Positions 27,543-40,596 of a stretch of DNA of 64,000 nt are shown here, one piece after another. The stretch's first letter is position 1. Each line of letters starts with the position of its first letter. The position numbers and the translations under genes are program-made. The stretch is from Paraspadella gotoi (taxonomy: Eukaryota; Animalia; Chaetognatha). The stretch spans positions 16,231,528 to 16,295,527 of the forward strand of contig CM119268.1 in assembly GCA_051294375.1 (NCBI GenBank), read 5' to 3'. The notes beneath the pieces are model-generated. The model ran no database searches. It saw only the letters and a list, made by a program, of their open reading frames with translations, and was not told the origin of the DNA.

Positions 27543-27745
27543 TTATGAATTTGTTACAACCAATATAAAATTATCCATTCATTTAATTAATATCTTGGCC
27601 ATGACTTTGGACAGGCTATATATATTGAATTAAGGCCTTCATAACTCTTACAAGACAGTAACATAGCAAGACCCTGAAAGCTTTCAACCAAGACTCAAGT
27701 TTATTAACTCCTACAGTACCTGGCTTCTATATCCCTATGCAATTG
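27543..27745 (+). repeat. Dispersed partial copy of the ~332-bp unit found at 33.7-34.4 kb
   Basis: Shares acaaccaatataaaattatccattc, actttggacaggc, ctcttacaaga and aagctttcaa..aagactc. Confidence 0.8.
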
Positions 27746-28332
27746 ATCATAACTCATTTAAAACAAGAGAGTGAACGTTAGCAAGTAAGGATAGAGTTTC
27801 GCCCGATAGAAAAGGCTTTACTCACTCGAATACATGTCGACCACGTCGTTATAATTCGAGGAGGAAGCATTTTACGAAGGAAGCAACGACATAAAAGGTG
27901 AGTAAATCGGTAAGGAAAGGGTAAGTGTTAGAATATGAGACGCTGTCCCGGGAAGAGATGACATTCAAACTATTTTTTTCTTGAAAATCCTTCTTTTCTA
28001 TTTGTTTTTCTCATTCATTTTTTTTTCGAGGCAATTTTTTTGTAGCAATATTTCTCTTCAAAGATCTATTCATACTCTTTTTCTCTGTCTCTCTCTCTCT
28101 CACTCTCTCCATTTTTCCCCCCATCTTTTTTTTCACATTTTTTTTTATGGATTTCAAGTGGAAAATTTCTTTTCTTTCTGCTTTCCTTGTCTTTCTTTTT
28201 ATTCCTGTCGGTTATAAAAAAAAAGGAGGGTTTGAGTGTGGTAGGACGAATTATAAAGGAACAAAGAAATAAAAAGGAAAAGAAAAAGAACGAGAAGAAT
28301 CGGAAGACAAAGAGAAATATTTGCGCAACGGA

Positions 28333-28380
<48 letters not shown>

Positions 28381-29115
28381 AAATCTGAGTTGATGTAAAG
28401 AAAACGGAAAAACGAAACGAGGACATTTCGACAAAAACGGAAAACAAGACGAAGAGAAAAAGGGAGAAAGAGNNNNNNNNNNNNNNNNNNNNNNNNNNNN
28501 NNNNNNNNNNNNNNNNNNNNNNNNNNNNNNNNNNNNNNNNNNNNNNNNNNNNNNNNNNNNNNNNNNNNNNNNNNNNNNNNNNNNNNNNNNNNNNNNNNNN
28601 NNNNNNNNNNNNNNNNNNNNNNNNNNNNNNNNNNNNNNNNNNNNNNNNNNNNNNNNNNNNNNNNNNNNNNNNNNNNNNNNNNNNNNNNNNNNNNNNNNNN
28701 NNNNNNNNNNNNNNNNNNNNNNNNNNNNNNNNNNNNNNNNNNNNNNNNNNNNNNNNNNNNNNNNNNNNNNNNNNNNNNNNNNNNNNNNNNNNNNNNNNNN
28801 NNNNNNNNNNNNNNNNNNNNNNNNNNNNNNNNNNNNNNNNNNNNNNNNNNNNNNNNNNNNNNNNNNNNNNNNACCTTTTTTTATTAATCTTAATTTATTA
28901 ACTAATGCATTCTTTTCAGCCCAACATTCTCCATTTATCCCTCATAACTTTACTTCTTGAATCCCTTCCTTCTCCTCTCCCCTTAAACTCTCTCATCGCC
29001 CCACCTCGCAGACTTTCCTTTCCTTGTCCTTTCCCCTGAGCGGAACTGCCCGACGACAGACAAGGACAAAGCGAGCAGCAAATAACGAATTCCATTGGCT
29101 TTATTCCAATTCCCT

Positions 29116-29152
<37 letters not shown>

Positions 29153-30989
29153 AAAATGAATGAATAAACGCATATGAGCCGCCACATGGCAATATGGGAG
29201 AAGCCGAGAACTTGCAAGTTTTTTTATTAAAGATTTCAAGTCTGTGAAAGGTATATTTTTTTCTTTTTATTATTATCTCCAACCTTTTTTCTGGGTCCAA
29301 GTTAAGTAATTGCTTTTTTCGCTATAATCATTGAGCAGTCTTTTAACTAGTGCCCCCTCCTGATTGACCCGTACAGCTTATAATCTTTTGTATTTTGGGG
29401 AAAGACTCAAAGTGAGTCTAAGATGTTTTTCAAACTTTTGTGTGTACTGACGTCGCTGCGGTCTCACTTGTCTGTCTTTCCAATTGCTAAGTGATAATTA
29501 ATGCTCTAAGTTTATGCTACGCTTGTCTCAGCAGGATCGATCTGCTAGTAATATGTTACGGAGCTTCGTTGGTTTAATGATGATAATAACAAAAGAGGCC
29601 CATTCTACTTTAACTATCGGTCCATCCTGGTACATTTATTAAAAATCACTCAAAAACCAATTTATTAAATTACTTCTTTAAATTTTGACGAACTATCCAA
29701 AAAGTATTTTTCTTCTTTTTTTGACGCAAATTTTGCTTTACCATGAGGTATCTTTATGAGTTTTAACATGTATTTAACTTAGCTTTAGTCTTTTTACCAA
29801 AACATGTTTTAAGCCTTTGTTATAATACGTTTTTTCTAACATTTCAAGGCAATTGAATTTTAATGATTTATCATTTTTTACTGAGAATCAATAAAAATAG
29901 CCTTAATTGGGTAAATGCTTTATGCAATGCTTTCCAAGATTTTTGAGTTTTGACAATATTTCATCTTTTATTCCGTCTCAATCTAAATCGTCCCGCTTCG
30001 TGATACACTTTTACAAGGCATCCGACATCACAAGAATAGAATCGTTACTCGTAATACTCTGGCCTGTATCACGAAGGTGATAAATGAAAGTACAAGGATG
30101 ACGAACAAGGTCTTTTTGGATATGACTTGAATATATGTCAAACAGGGATTAGGTCACCTTTTACCAATTAGAGAGAATTTTTTCAAGTGAAATGTTTCAA
30201 GTTTGATAAGTATACATTAAACGATCTGAAACCATATTAAATGTGATGCTTGTGCTGACAGCTGAGCTTTAAAGGTGAGATTTATACAAAAGCATGCATA
30301 AGTTTTGTAAATGTTAAAACCACTGCTGATATTTTGCTGTGGTCAGGCATCTTTGTTGCTCAAGTTTTCTGATATAGCTAAATAATTCCATTGTCTTTGA
30401 TTTGTTAACTGATTAATTTTATCAATCTATTATTATGATTGTTTCTCTGGAATCACGAAGTGAGACAAGGTCTGGTGGAAAATTTTCCGTCAAAAAATTA
30501 AGAAAGTGGAGAAACCGCTCTTCTTACTCCTTTATGTTATCATAACCTCTCTGCATGAAATGTACACTACGTTCGTGACTTTGTACTCAAAGAAGAATCC
30601 TTATCTAATAGTAAACTAAATGAAAATTCAAAACAATAAAGACTGATTTTCACCTTTTAAAATTCAATTTTTATTATTATATAGAGACAATAGGAACGAC
30701 TCACTTTTATAAAGGTTTGAATTTACGCACACTGAGATGCACAAAACAGGCACACAAACAAGAACGCAATTCTTATTTGTTAGGGTGCCCTTAAGTAAGA
30801 CCTCATGGTGCTTCCAATCGCTCGCTAATAATCGAGCGACATTTTAAATTATAAAAATATTTTCTAAAAATAAATATAAAATTAACAGTTAGAGAAATGT
30901 AGTAATTTATAACAGCGACTTAGATATAATAAAATAAACGCCTATTTAAACGTCTTCTCCTTTTTTTACTCTCCTATCAACAGTGATTG

Positions 30990-31320
30990 GTTTTTAATAT
31001 TTTTGACAATCGGTTTTCTAAATATTTTGCACGATGGTCTTAATATTTTTGGACGATGGTTTTAAATATTTTGACGATGAATTTTAAGATGATTAATCAT
31101 GGCAGTAAAAGAAAAATACCGTGAAAAAATTTTAAAACTACAAGGAAAAATTTAACAATCCTAGTAATAATTTAATAAAGAAATAGAAATTAAAAATTAA
31201 AAAACATCGGGAAAAACATTAAAAAAAACATCGGGAAAAATAAAAAAAACATCGAAAAAATTAAAAGCATCAGTAAAAATTTAAAAGCATCGGGCAAAAA
31301 TTAAAAAGCATGCGGCGAAA
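30990..31320. repeat. Mirrored arrays of ~21-bp modules (foldback-like)
   Basis: Left array approximately ttttaatattttgacgatgg x4-5 (30990-31090). Right array approximately aaaacatcggnaaaaattaa x6 (31200-31320) is roughly its reverse complement. Confidence 0.6.
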
Positions 31321-31359
31321 ACAAAATACTAGCTTAAGACAGAAATCGCTCGTGCGCAG

Positions 31360-32130
31360 AAAATTCAATAGTTAATTCTTTATGTACAAAGTGTGGACCG
31401 TCAAAAATATTACATTATAAATAGAGGAGATAAGTAGACCTGGACTCCTTCGGACTCAGGATTTTCAGTCAACCTTGCCATTTTAATTTTCTCAAATTTC
31501 CACAACGTTAAATTCTTTATGTAACTTAAAGGTCGGGCGCCGTAAAAAAAAATTTTGCCAAAATATCAAGTAAAAACTTGCATTTAAAATACTATTTTCT
31601 CCCAGGAAAAATTTCATAGTTAAATTCTTTATGTACAAAGTGTGGCCGTAAAAATATTAAATTATATAAAGAAATAATAGGACTCTTCGACTCCGAGATA
31701 TTATCCAGTCAACACTTGTATTTTAAATTTTCCTACACAAATTTCATAGTTAATTCTTTATGTGAAAGGAAAGTGTGTGGATCCGTAAAAATATTAAATT
31801 ATATAAAGAAATAACTAGGACTCTTGGACTCGAGAATTTCCAGTCAAACTTGTATTTTAAATTTTCCTACAAAATTCATAGTTAATTCCTTTATGTACAA
31901 AGTTGTGGACCGTAAAATATTAAATTATATAAAGAAATACTAGGACTCTCCGACTCTAAAAAATCCAGTCAACTTGTATGTTTAAATTTTTCCTACAAAT
32001 TTCACAGTTAATTCTTTATGTACAAAGTGTGACCGTAAAAATATTAAATAACATAAAGAAACTACTAGGACCTCCGACTCTAAAAAATCCAGTCAACTTT
32101 GATTTTAAAATTTTTCCTACAAATTTTCAC
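31360..32130 (+). repeat. Minisatellite, ~125-bp unit, about 6 copies
   Basis: aaatttcatagttaattctttatgtacaaagtgtggaccgtaaaaatatt...ccagtcaacttgtattttaaattttcctac recurs at ~31361, 31495, 31608, 31738, 31871 and 31997. Confidence 0.9.
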
Positions 32131-33372
32131 ACTGCCCACTCTCCGGACACTAATACTTTCTTAATGCGTCCAAAAAATCCTCCTATTTAAAAACTCATAT
32201 TGTAATTTAATAATCCACTTTCATACACTCTGTCTCTCTCTCTCTACTCTCTCATGTCCTCCTCTTCTATCCTCTCTCATTCCATGCTCTCCTCTCTTCA
32301 NNNNNNNNNNNNNNNNNNNNNNNNNTCTCTCTCTCTCTCTCTCTTTTTCTTTCTTCTCCGATTTCTCTTTGGTTTTTTTGCGCACTTGTCAGCAATACCT
32401 TGACTAGTCTGGTTTTTTTCTCAAGAAATATCAGGAGAAAAACTTTATATGTCTAATTTCGAAAAAGGACACAAAGAAAAAAAAAGAATTTTTCCTTACC
32501 TGTGAAAGACGTCCGCGATATAAAAGAAGGCAGGAATGTGAAAAAAAGAGAAAACATAAAATCCGTCGTTAATAGTTCTCTTTCCCTCCCTTTGTACTAC
32601 ACACCCAGCCACATAATATATATTACATTTTTCTGACTAAGTTTACTTTCACTTCTTTTCGTTTCTAGAAGCCAAAATTCACTTTCCTCACAGAGTTATC
32701 GCTTCCTCTCTTACGTTTATAGTCCACCAATCCACGCAGGCGATTTACTAATGTTGTTTTGAACAAAAAGGTTCCGACAGATGCTTTATATTTATTGTTA
32801 AAAATAGGCATTTGAAAAATAATTGAAACGCAATTAAATACAAACGAGAGTTCACAGATTTCCACGTTGTCACACGTGTTGGGAACGTGTACAGTCGGGC
32901 GAAGCGCAATCAGCGTTTCGATACGATACTTATAATACCATCAGCGTTCAAATACGTACTTAATAATGTACAAGATATCACAACAGGTGTTGGCTAATAA
33001 TCGCTCAAAAGTTGGCCCTTGTGTCAGTAAACAAAAGGGAACAAAAAGATCCGGGTTTGGCGAAAGTAGAGCAATTGAGTTGGAGCGAAATATAAAGGTT
33101 TGTAACATATGAATTATACAAAAGATTTTTATATTTATGTTTTAATTCACTAATTAGCCGTTATTATTTAAATTATTTAAAAAAAATAGGTACTTCCTAT
33201 TTATAAAACAGCCGTGTAATAATTATTATACGTATTTATTATATTTATATGTTATTATGTATATGTAATATCATAGTATTATATCATTGCAGAGGATCAA
33301 ACTCAAGAATCGAAACCGGATCGGCAACTCGGGAAAATCGCGCTGAAACAGAATGGACACTCTCCTATGGTC

Positions 33373-36060
33373 AAGAAGACCAATGGCACCGGCAAAGAGC
33401 TATGGGCTTCCCTTCCGCGCGGTGATTTTACCCTTACCCTCCAATCTGTTCACACTGTATAAAATATATATTCAAAATTTGTATTTATTCACTCTGCTGA
33501 AATTGTAAATACATATATTATATTTTTTTAGTTATTAATCATTTTATAAGCTATTAATATAAATTTGCTTTAAATTATTTGTATTATTATTATTATTATT
33601 TATATCTAATTATTCATAATAATTAAAATATCTAATTATTATTATTATTAATATTGTTATTATTTATTATTATTATTTGCATGAAATTGGTAACAACCAA
33701 TATAAAATTATCCATTCAATATAATAAATAAATGCCTAATCTTGCCCTGAACTTTGGACAGGCTTTGGTGGTTTAAGGCCTCCATACTCTTACAAGAACT
33801 AATGACATGCAGGTCCTGCAAGCTTTCCAATCAAGACTCTCTCACAGTCTCGTTATTTTCACTCCCAGAGTAACCATGGCTTCCCCTATCAATGAAGTGG
33901 AAAATTATTAAAAGAATGTTCAATTGTATGAAAGACACTCCCTTAAGTATTAGATCGGGGGAATACTTATTGTACTCACGCATATGCATCAAAATACAAG
34001 GAGCTGATTTTATGAAATTTGGTACAATCAATTATAAAATTATCCATTCATCTTAATAAATAAGCTATCTTGCCCCTGACTTTGGACAGGCCTTTGGTGG
34101 TTTAAGGCTCCATCCTCTTTTACAAGCAATAATGACATAGCAGGTCCTGCAAGCTTTCAATCAAGACTCTCTTCAACAGTCTCGTTTATTCACTCCAAGA
34201 GTACCTGAGCTTCCCTATCAATGAAGTGGAAAATATTTCAAAAGAATGTTTTTCAATTGTATGAAAAGACCACTCCTAAGTATTCAGATCGGGGAATACT
34301 TTTGTAATCTCCGCACTAAGCATGGCAAATACAGGAGCTGAATTTTATGACATTGGGACACCAATATAAAATTATCCATATTAGGTAAAATCTCGGATTT
34401 AGATACAAGAATATATAGTCTTAAAAATTACAGATATTTTACCAATATATTAGTATCATGAGATTATTCATATTTTATTTTGATTAGCATATCCGAGTCA
34501 GCTCCGTAAAACATGTATATGATGGTCATAACAGTCATATCTTAATATATCAATATATAATTATCATAAATTTTTTTCAATGAATTTCAATCCCTGATTG
34601 TATATTCGATTCAACTACGTAATAATCAGGGATTCAAAATCATAAAAGATCATGAAGACTGATTATTATAATCTAATTTTGCAAACCATTATAATCATCG
34701 AAATTACATTTCTTTTATCATTATTCGTTCTCATTAGCATATTCCCGTCAACTAATGTAGATATGAGAGAGTCGACTCAAATAATAATTAATTAATTAAT
34801 TAAATCTAATTTGCAAACCCATTAATAATCATGATAATTTTTTTATCATCATTTCCGTTCTCACTTAGCAATATTCAAGTCAACTATGGAGGAATATAGA
34901 GAGTCGACTCATACAAAGATCATGAAGCACTAAATGGCAGTCCCGGCCAATGAGCTGATGGGCTTCCTTCGCGCCGGTGATTTTAACCACTTCTAACCTC
35001 CAATCGTTCACACTGTAGTAAATATAGAATTCAAATTGTAATTTATTCACGTCTGCCTGGAAATGTAATACGTATATTTATTTTTTTAGTTATTATCATC
35101 TCCTTATAACTATTAATATAAATATCTTTATTATTCTCGTTTTATTATTATTATTAATTATTATATATCATATATTATTATATAATTAAAATTCTAATTA
35201 TTATTATTATTACTATGTTATATTATTATTATTATTTCTTTGCATATTAGAGTAAATTCCAGTTAAGTAACAAGAAATATATAGGAGTCGTTAAAAATTA
35301 CAGATATTTAATCAATAATATTAGTATCATAAAGACATTATTCATATTTTATTTTGTTAGCATAATCCAAGTCGCTCCGTAAAAAAATAGTAGATGATGG
35401 TCATAAAAGTCATATCTTATATATCAATTATATATTATCATAATTTTTTTCATGAAATTTCATCCTGATTAGTATATCGATTCAACTATTGTACACGCAC
35501 TCAGCGGATTCAAATCATAAAAGATCATGAAGACTGGATTATTATTAATTAATTTTTTGCAACCCATTAATAAACATAGAATAATTTTTTTATCATATTT
35601 CCGTTCTCATTAGCAATATTCACAGTAACTGATGTTAGATATGAGAAGAGTCGACTCATAATTAATTATTAATTAATTAATTAATTTTGCAAACCCTTAA
35701 TAATCATGGAATAATTTTTTTATCATATTTCGTTCTCATTAGCATATCAGTCAACTATTATATGAGAGAGTGCGACTCATAAAAGATCATGAAGAACTAA
35801 TAAATTCTGTAAATTATAAATCCAAGTTCTTTGCGTAAAGGCTGTGTACTGGTCGATAATATACATAATACTTTAATCTAATTTGCATATTCGAGTAAAG
35901 CATATGAAATTAAGTAAATTGAAATCTCGTTCGATTTGCGATTTAAAACTATGAAGAATCATGAAAATCATTAATGTTTTATTAATCGTATTTGTATTAA
36001 AAAGGATTTCTTTTATAATATCTTTTATCTGATTTGCATATTCGAGTAAAACCATATGAT
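33373..36060 (+). repeat. Compound AT-rich repeat: duplicated blocks X (33373-33680, 34932-35245) and Y (34400-34925, 35270-35795), with a recurring GCATATTCGAGTAA-like motif
   Basis: Visible block duplication. Motif variants at ~34487, 34737, 34868, 35242, 35885 and 36036. Confidence 0.75.
33680..34380 (+). repeat. Tandem ~332-bp unit, about 2.1 copies
   Basis: The unit start atgaaattggtacaaccaatataaaattatccat occurs at ~33680, ~34011 and ~34346. Confidence 0.88.
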
Positions 36061-37959
36061 ATTGGATCTTGATTTTGGACTATACAAGTAAGGGGGAGGA
36101 CGCAAACCTAAAATAAAACTATTTTATTCATTATCCGCGGGGAACGTTTTTTTAAATGACGTAGTAGTTATAATGGGACAAGATTTTTACACGCGCATTC
36201 AGCCAATGAATTTCAACTATTCTGCGGCTATCCGAGTAACATCTACCTGTAATATGCAAATTAGGGTCGAAGAAAACTAAATTTACAAAAATTGAAAGTT
36301 TAGAATCAACTATGATAAATAACCTGACTATATCTAATGTTTCTAAACTATGTTCAAAGTAAGTCTATACAGGAGCTCACTGGACCTCTAAATTAACAAC
36401 TTTATTGAAACAGCAGCTCCTATCATATCCCCTGCGCGTACCGGCCCCCACCAGGTACACATCTCTTCTCTTCCCCCTCTCTTTTCTCTTTTCCATCTTC
36501 ATCTATNNNNNNNNNNNNNNNNNNNNNNNNNCTCTCTCTATCTCTCTGTCTCTCACTCTCTACCCGCGTATCCCTTTTTCATTTTATTTTTTAAAATTTC
36601 TTTCCATTTTTTTTAGCTAAATTCTGTATTCAATTTCGTCTTTTTGGTTCCATCTCTTCAACGAATCCTCAACGGCTTCCAGCTGATGCCTCCATTTCTT
36701 CAGGTTTTTATTTCATTTTTTTCTTTTGGTAATAATTTTTTTCTTTTTATTTGTTTATTTTTCTTTTTATTTGTTTTGATTTTTAAGTCGGTCGGTCACA
36801 CTTACTTCTCGATCGGCGATTACGAGCTAAGATTTTGATTTGCTTGCTAAAGAAAAACCTACTTGTTATAAGTTAAACTTATTAAATTTATTATATATTT
36901 ATCTCAGTTTGCATCTGAACATTCAATTGAGAAAGCGAACCTATCTTTAAGATTATATTTCCTATCCTCTTATTGTTTCTTTTGAATTCTTTTGATGTTT
37001 ACCGAATATCTTATCTTAATAGTAAAGACCTTGTTTCCTAAGAGACCAGAAGGTAAAAGACATTATTCTTCGAGACTTTAGCTAAGTTTGTGATATTAAT
37101 AAAAATATTNNNNNNNNNNNNNNNNNNNNNNNNNNNNNNNNNNNNNNNNNNNNNNNNNNNNNNNNNNNNNNNNNNNNNNNNNNNNNNNNNCAAGAATAGA
37201 ACCCGAAATGTGGCTAAAAAGAAAAAAAAAGGAAGAAAAAAAGTTGGAAAACGAAGCACAAAAAATTTTTGTTAAAATATTTTTTTGGCAATCGGTGTTC
37301 TCTGGTTTTCTGAATTTTGTTCTTGTGTCTGGAAGAAAATCTCTAAGTTTCTCACTCTCATTTTTTTAAATTGATTTTCTTCGTTAAATGAAACTGTTGA
37401 CTTTACGTGTTTTAAAAATATATTCTTTGTGTTAGTTTCTTGGAAGAGAAACATTAAAGAAATCTTTGCTAAGTTCACTTTTTGCTTTAATCACGTTCGA
37501 TCAACATTTGTCAATCATTCTTCAGCTACAGCTAAGCCACAATCCAACCTAAACTATCACATTAGTTTGCAAATTTTGCAGTTCGTTTGCATGTAATGTA
37601 AAATGTAAAATGTAAAAACGTTTAAAAAGCCTCCCTATGCCTCTTTCTCTCTCCCTCTGACTCTTTTTCTCAACTCACCTTTCACACGGGCCATTTCACT
37701 GACTTTCCCACACACATACACTCAACGATCAATTCACGCGCCCCGTAATTCGTCCGCATCAAGTGGAGATTTGTTTCGAATTGCCTCAACTTCGAGACTC
37801 TTTGGAGGATTCATAATTTCCTCTCTCCGCTAATTCCACTTTATTCCGCGCATTAAAAGCGAAATTATAGATTCTAAGTGAGCGGAAAAAAAATTAGTGT
37901 GGGGTACAGTCACAATACTCTCTCTGTCTCTCATCTCTCTGCTCTCTCATCAGATCTTC

Positions 37960-37990
<31 letters not shown>

Positions 37991-38705
37991 ATTCCTCTCT
38001 CCTCTCTCTCTCTCTCTCTTCGCTGTCTCTCTCTCACACACACACGAAACACACACACAAAGACGGATTATGGCGCAAGCCGCATTGATCATCCATGATT
38101 ATTTTCGATCGCGCATAACGCAGACTCAAACTTTCAGTCCAGGATTTAAACTTTGGAAGCTTTAAGCTTATTAACGCAAAACGAATTATCAAAGCAGGTT
38201 AGGATATTCCTTCTTAAAAGTTTCTAGTACTTCACGATAGAATATAATTAATTAGCCATTCAATCGATAACGTAAATCTTAATAATCAATCAATCTCGTC
38301 ATTTATAATCAATAATCTCAGTCAAGCCTTTCAATTAAGAATTTAGGAGAAAAATTCGAGACGTGTGTTTTTGTGAGAAAGAAGAAAACATATATTAACG
38401 AAACAGAGTAAAATCAAAAAAGGTAAAAATAACAACAACACAAATACGTATTTACAATTGGCTGGAAAAGGTCAGCAAAGTACAAAGACTTCGTCGTCCG
38501 TCTTCGTTATTATATTCGTCGTCGGTCGTCGTCTTTGTTCGAATCATTTAGAGTTCCAAACAATCAATAATTTTTTTAAAAAATTAAAACCATTCAAAAC
38601 AAATGAAATCATTCGATAGATCCGATCATTCAAGCAATCATTTTAAAAATCTTTCATTCAGCAATCAGTTCAAGTCTATCACATGCCATTGTCCGACCTA
38701 ATCAG

Positions 38706-39339
38706 TAAGGCGTAGTGAATAGTTACGTACGAAATTCCTAAAGGGTCATTATGAAAACAACATAACCATCAGTTAACATTAATTTGTAAAAAAAATTAAT
38801 TTTATGTTTTTAATTTTCGCAGTAGGCTATATTTATATATAGTACTATCCTTAATAAAATCGAAAAAGTTTCAAAATAAGGCTTTTTCTTAATTTTTGAA
38901 TTGCAGATTTGAATTCCCTCGTCAAAAAGTTGATAAAGAAAAATATAAATTATTTTAAAATTCTCTCATAAGTGGGTTAAAAATTACAAAAACTATTATT
39001 TAATATTAAAAAGTTAATATTTCAGACTTAAAATATAGCTTTTTTTCTAGATTTTTGACCCACTAATGAAGGAATTTTTAAAAAAGAGTTATATTTCTTT
39101 TTAATCAACTTTTATGACGATCCAAATCTGCAAAAAAAACTTAGAAAAAACGTTTGAAATTTTAACATTTAATATGGATAGTACTAAAGTAATAAATATG
39201 GCCTAGCTGCGTAAATTGATAAAGTTATTATTAAATTTTTTTTATAGCATAAATGTTCATATAGTATGAATGTTGTTGCGTTGTCCCTCTATTTAGAATT
39301 TTAATTAAAGTTAAATTTAAGAAAGTTTTACTTCACCTT
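38706..39339. mobile_element. Third copy of the 608-bp MITE family, at an independent locus
   Basis: Starts TAAGGCGTAGTGAA and is collinear with 2754-3361, though the right end is corrupted. The left flank CTAATCAG matches the empty site CTCATCAG at 47437-47444. Confidence 0.85.
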
Positions 39340-40560
39340 TTTTTGTTTTTATTTTTAATTTTTTTTATTTTTTTTATTAATTTTTTTTTACAAGCCTTCC
39401 TTCTCTCCTTTCCGCGTTTCAGGGGAAATTTAAACCACCGAACGCGAAATTCCATGTCCAGGGAAACCGATTCTCGACTTCCGGTTCCGGAATTCAGAAA
39501 ACTCGGCCTTCCGACACCCTGGTCGTGACAACAAAAGGATTTAAAGGCGTCGGACGAGAAGAAATCAGGGATTTTTTTTAATGGGAAACGAAAGTAGTGG
39601 TGGCCGAGAGAGAGAAAGAGAAGAGAGAGAGGGAAGAAAAAGACTAATGCCTTTTGAAATTAATAAAAATAAAAATATTACCAAACTTTTTAATTGGGCA
39701 TCACGTCGAGATTTAACTTAAGATTAACAAGCCTGTTTATAACATTAAAATCAAGTCAAATTGAATCACTTTGAAAATATAATATATGATATAATTAATA
39801 TATAAATATGATATATATAGTGTAAATTTCGTCAAAATGAACCAGACGAAAGACTTGGATGCACCGAGACTAGATTATAGAAATACGAAAAAAGTTTAAT
39901 TTTTATTGAGAATATTTAAAAAAAAAAATACGAGAGAGTAGAGCAAAATAATAGAAAAGACAACGACTAAACACCACGGAGATAAGAGCGTGAGACTGGG
40001 GGAGCATCTGAACAGTGAAAAGAGTGCACCGTTTTCGAACACCGGAGAGAGGCACCACGGGTGAAGAGAAGGAAGCTGAAGGCGGGACATGACAGGAAAT
40101 CACAACTGGGGAAATTGCCAGGGAAGCAAACTAGCGTGAAAAAAGAAGAAAGGAGGAAAAAGAAGAGAGAGGAAAGGCAGAAGACAAGAGAAAAGTAAAA
40201 GGAATAAGTAGAAGAGTGGAGGAAAGAGATAAGAAAAAAATACGAAGTGGAAGAAAGCAAAAAGAAGATAGGAGAAAATAATGAACGAAGGAAACAAGAA
40301 TGGGGGAAGAGGAAGGAAAAATGGAAGGGAGAAGAGAGAAAAAAGGAGAGGGAGGAAATAAAAGGAAGAAAGGAGAAAGTGGGAGGAAGGCAGGTGAAGA
40401 GAATCGGATGGACGAAAGGGAGGAAAGACGAAATGAAAGGAAAAAAAATGGTTCGCCTTGGATCCCTGATGCAGCAAACGACCTGCCAGATTCTTTTCTC
40501 TCTCTCTCACTCTTCTCTCTCTTTCTCTTCACATCTCTCTCAATCTCTCTCTCTCAGTCT

Positions 40561-40596
<36 letters not shown>

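Noticed and set aside
29900-30600. Decayed transposase or reverse transcriptase
   Set aside because: Composition looks coding-like, but the frames I translated have many stops and no catalytic motif could be identified by eye.
31360-32130. Regularly spaced repeats as a CRISPR array (also the 12-bp and 13-bp arrays)
   Set aside because: Whole units repeat with no unique spacers, there are no cas genes, and the context is eukaryotic.
33795-33830. Hammerhead ribozyme in the 332-bp unit (CTAATGA plus the TGCAGG/CCTGCA stem)
   Set aside because: The stem is followed by TTTC rather than GAAA, and the core order is wrong on both strands.
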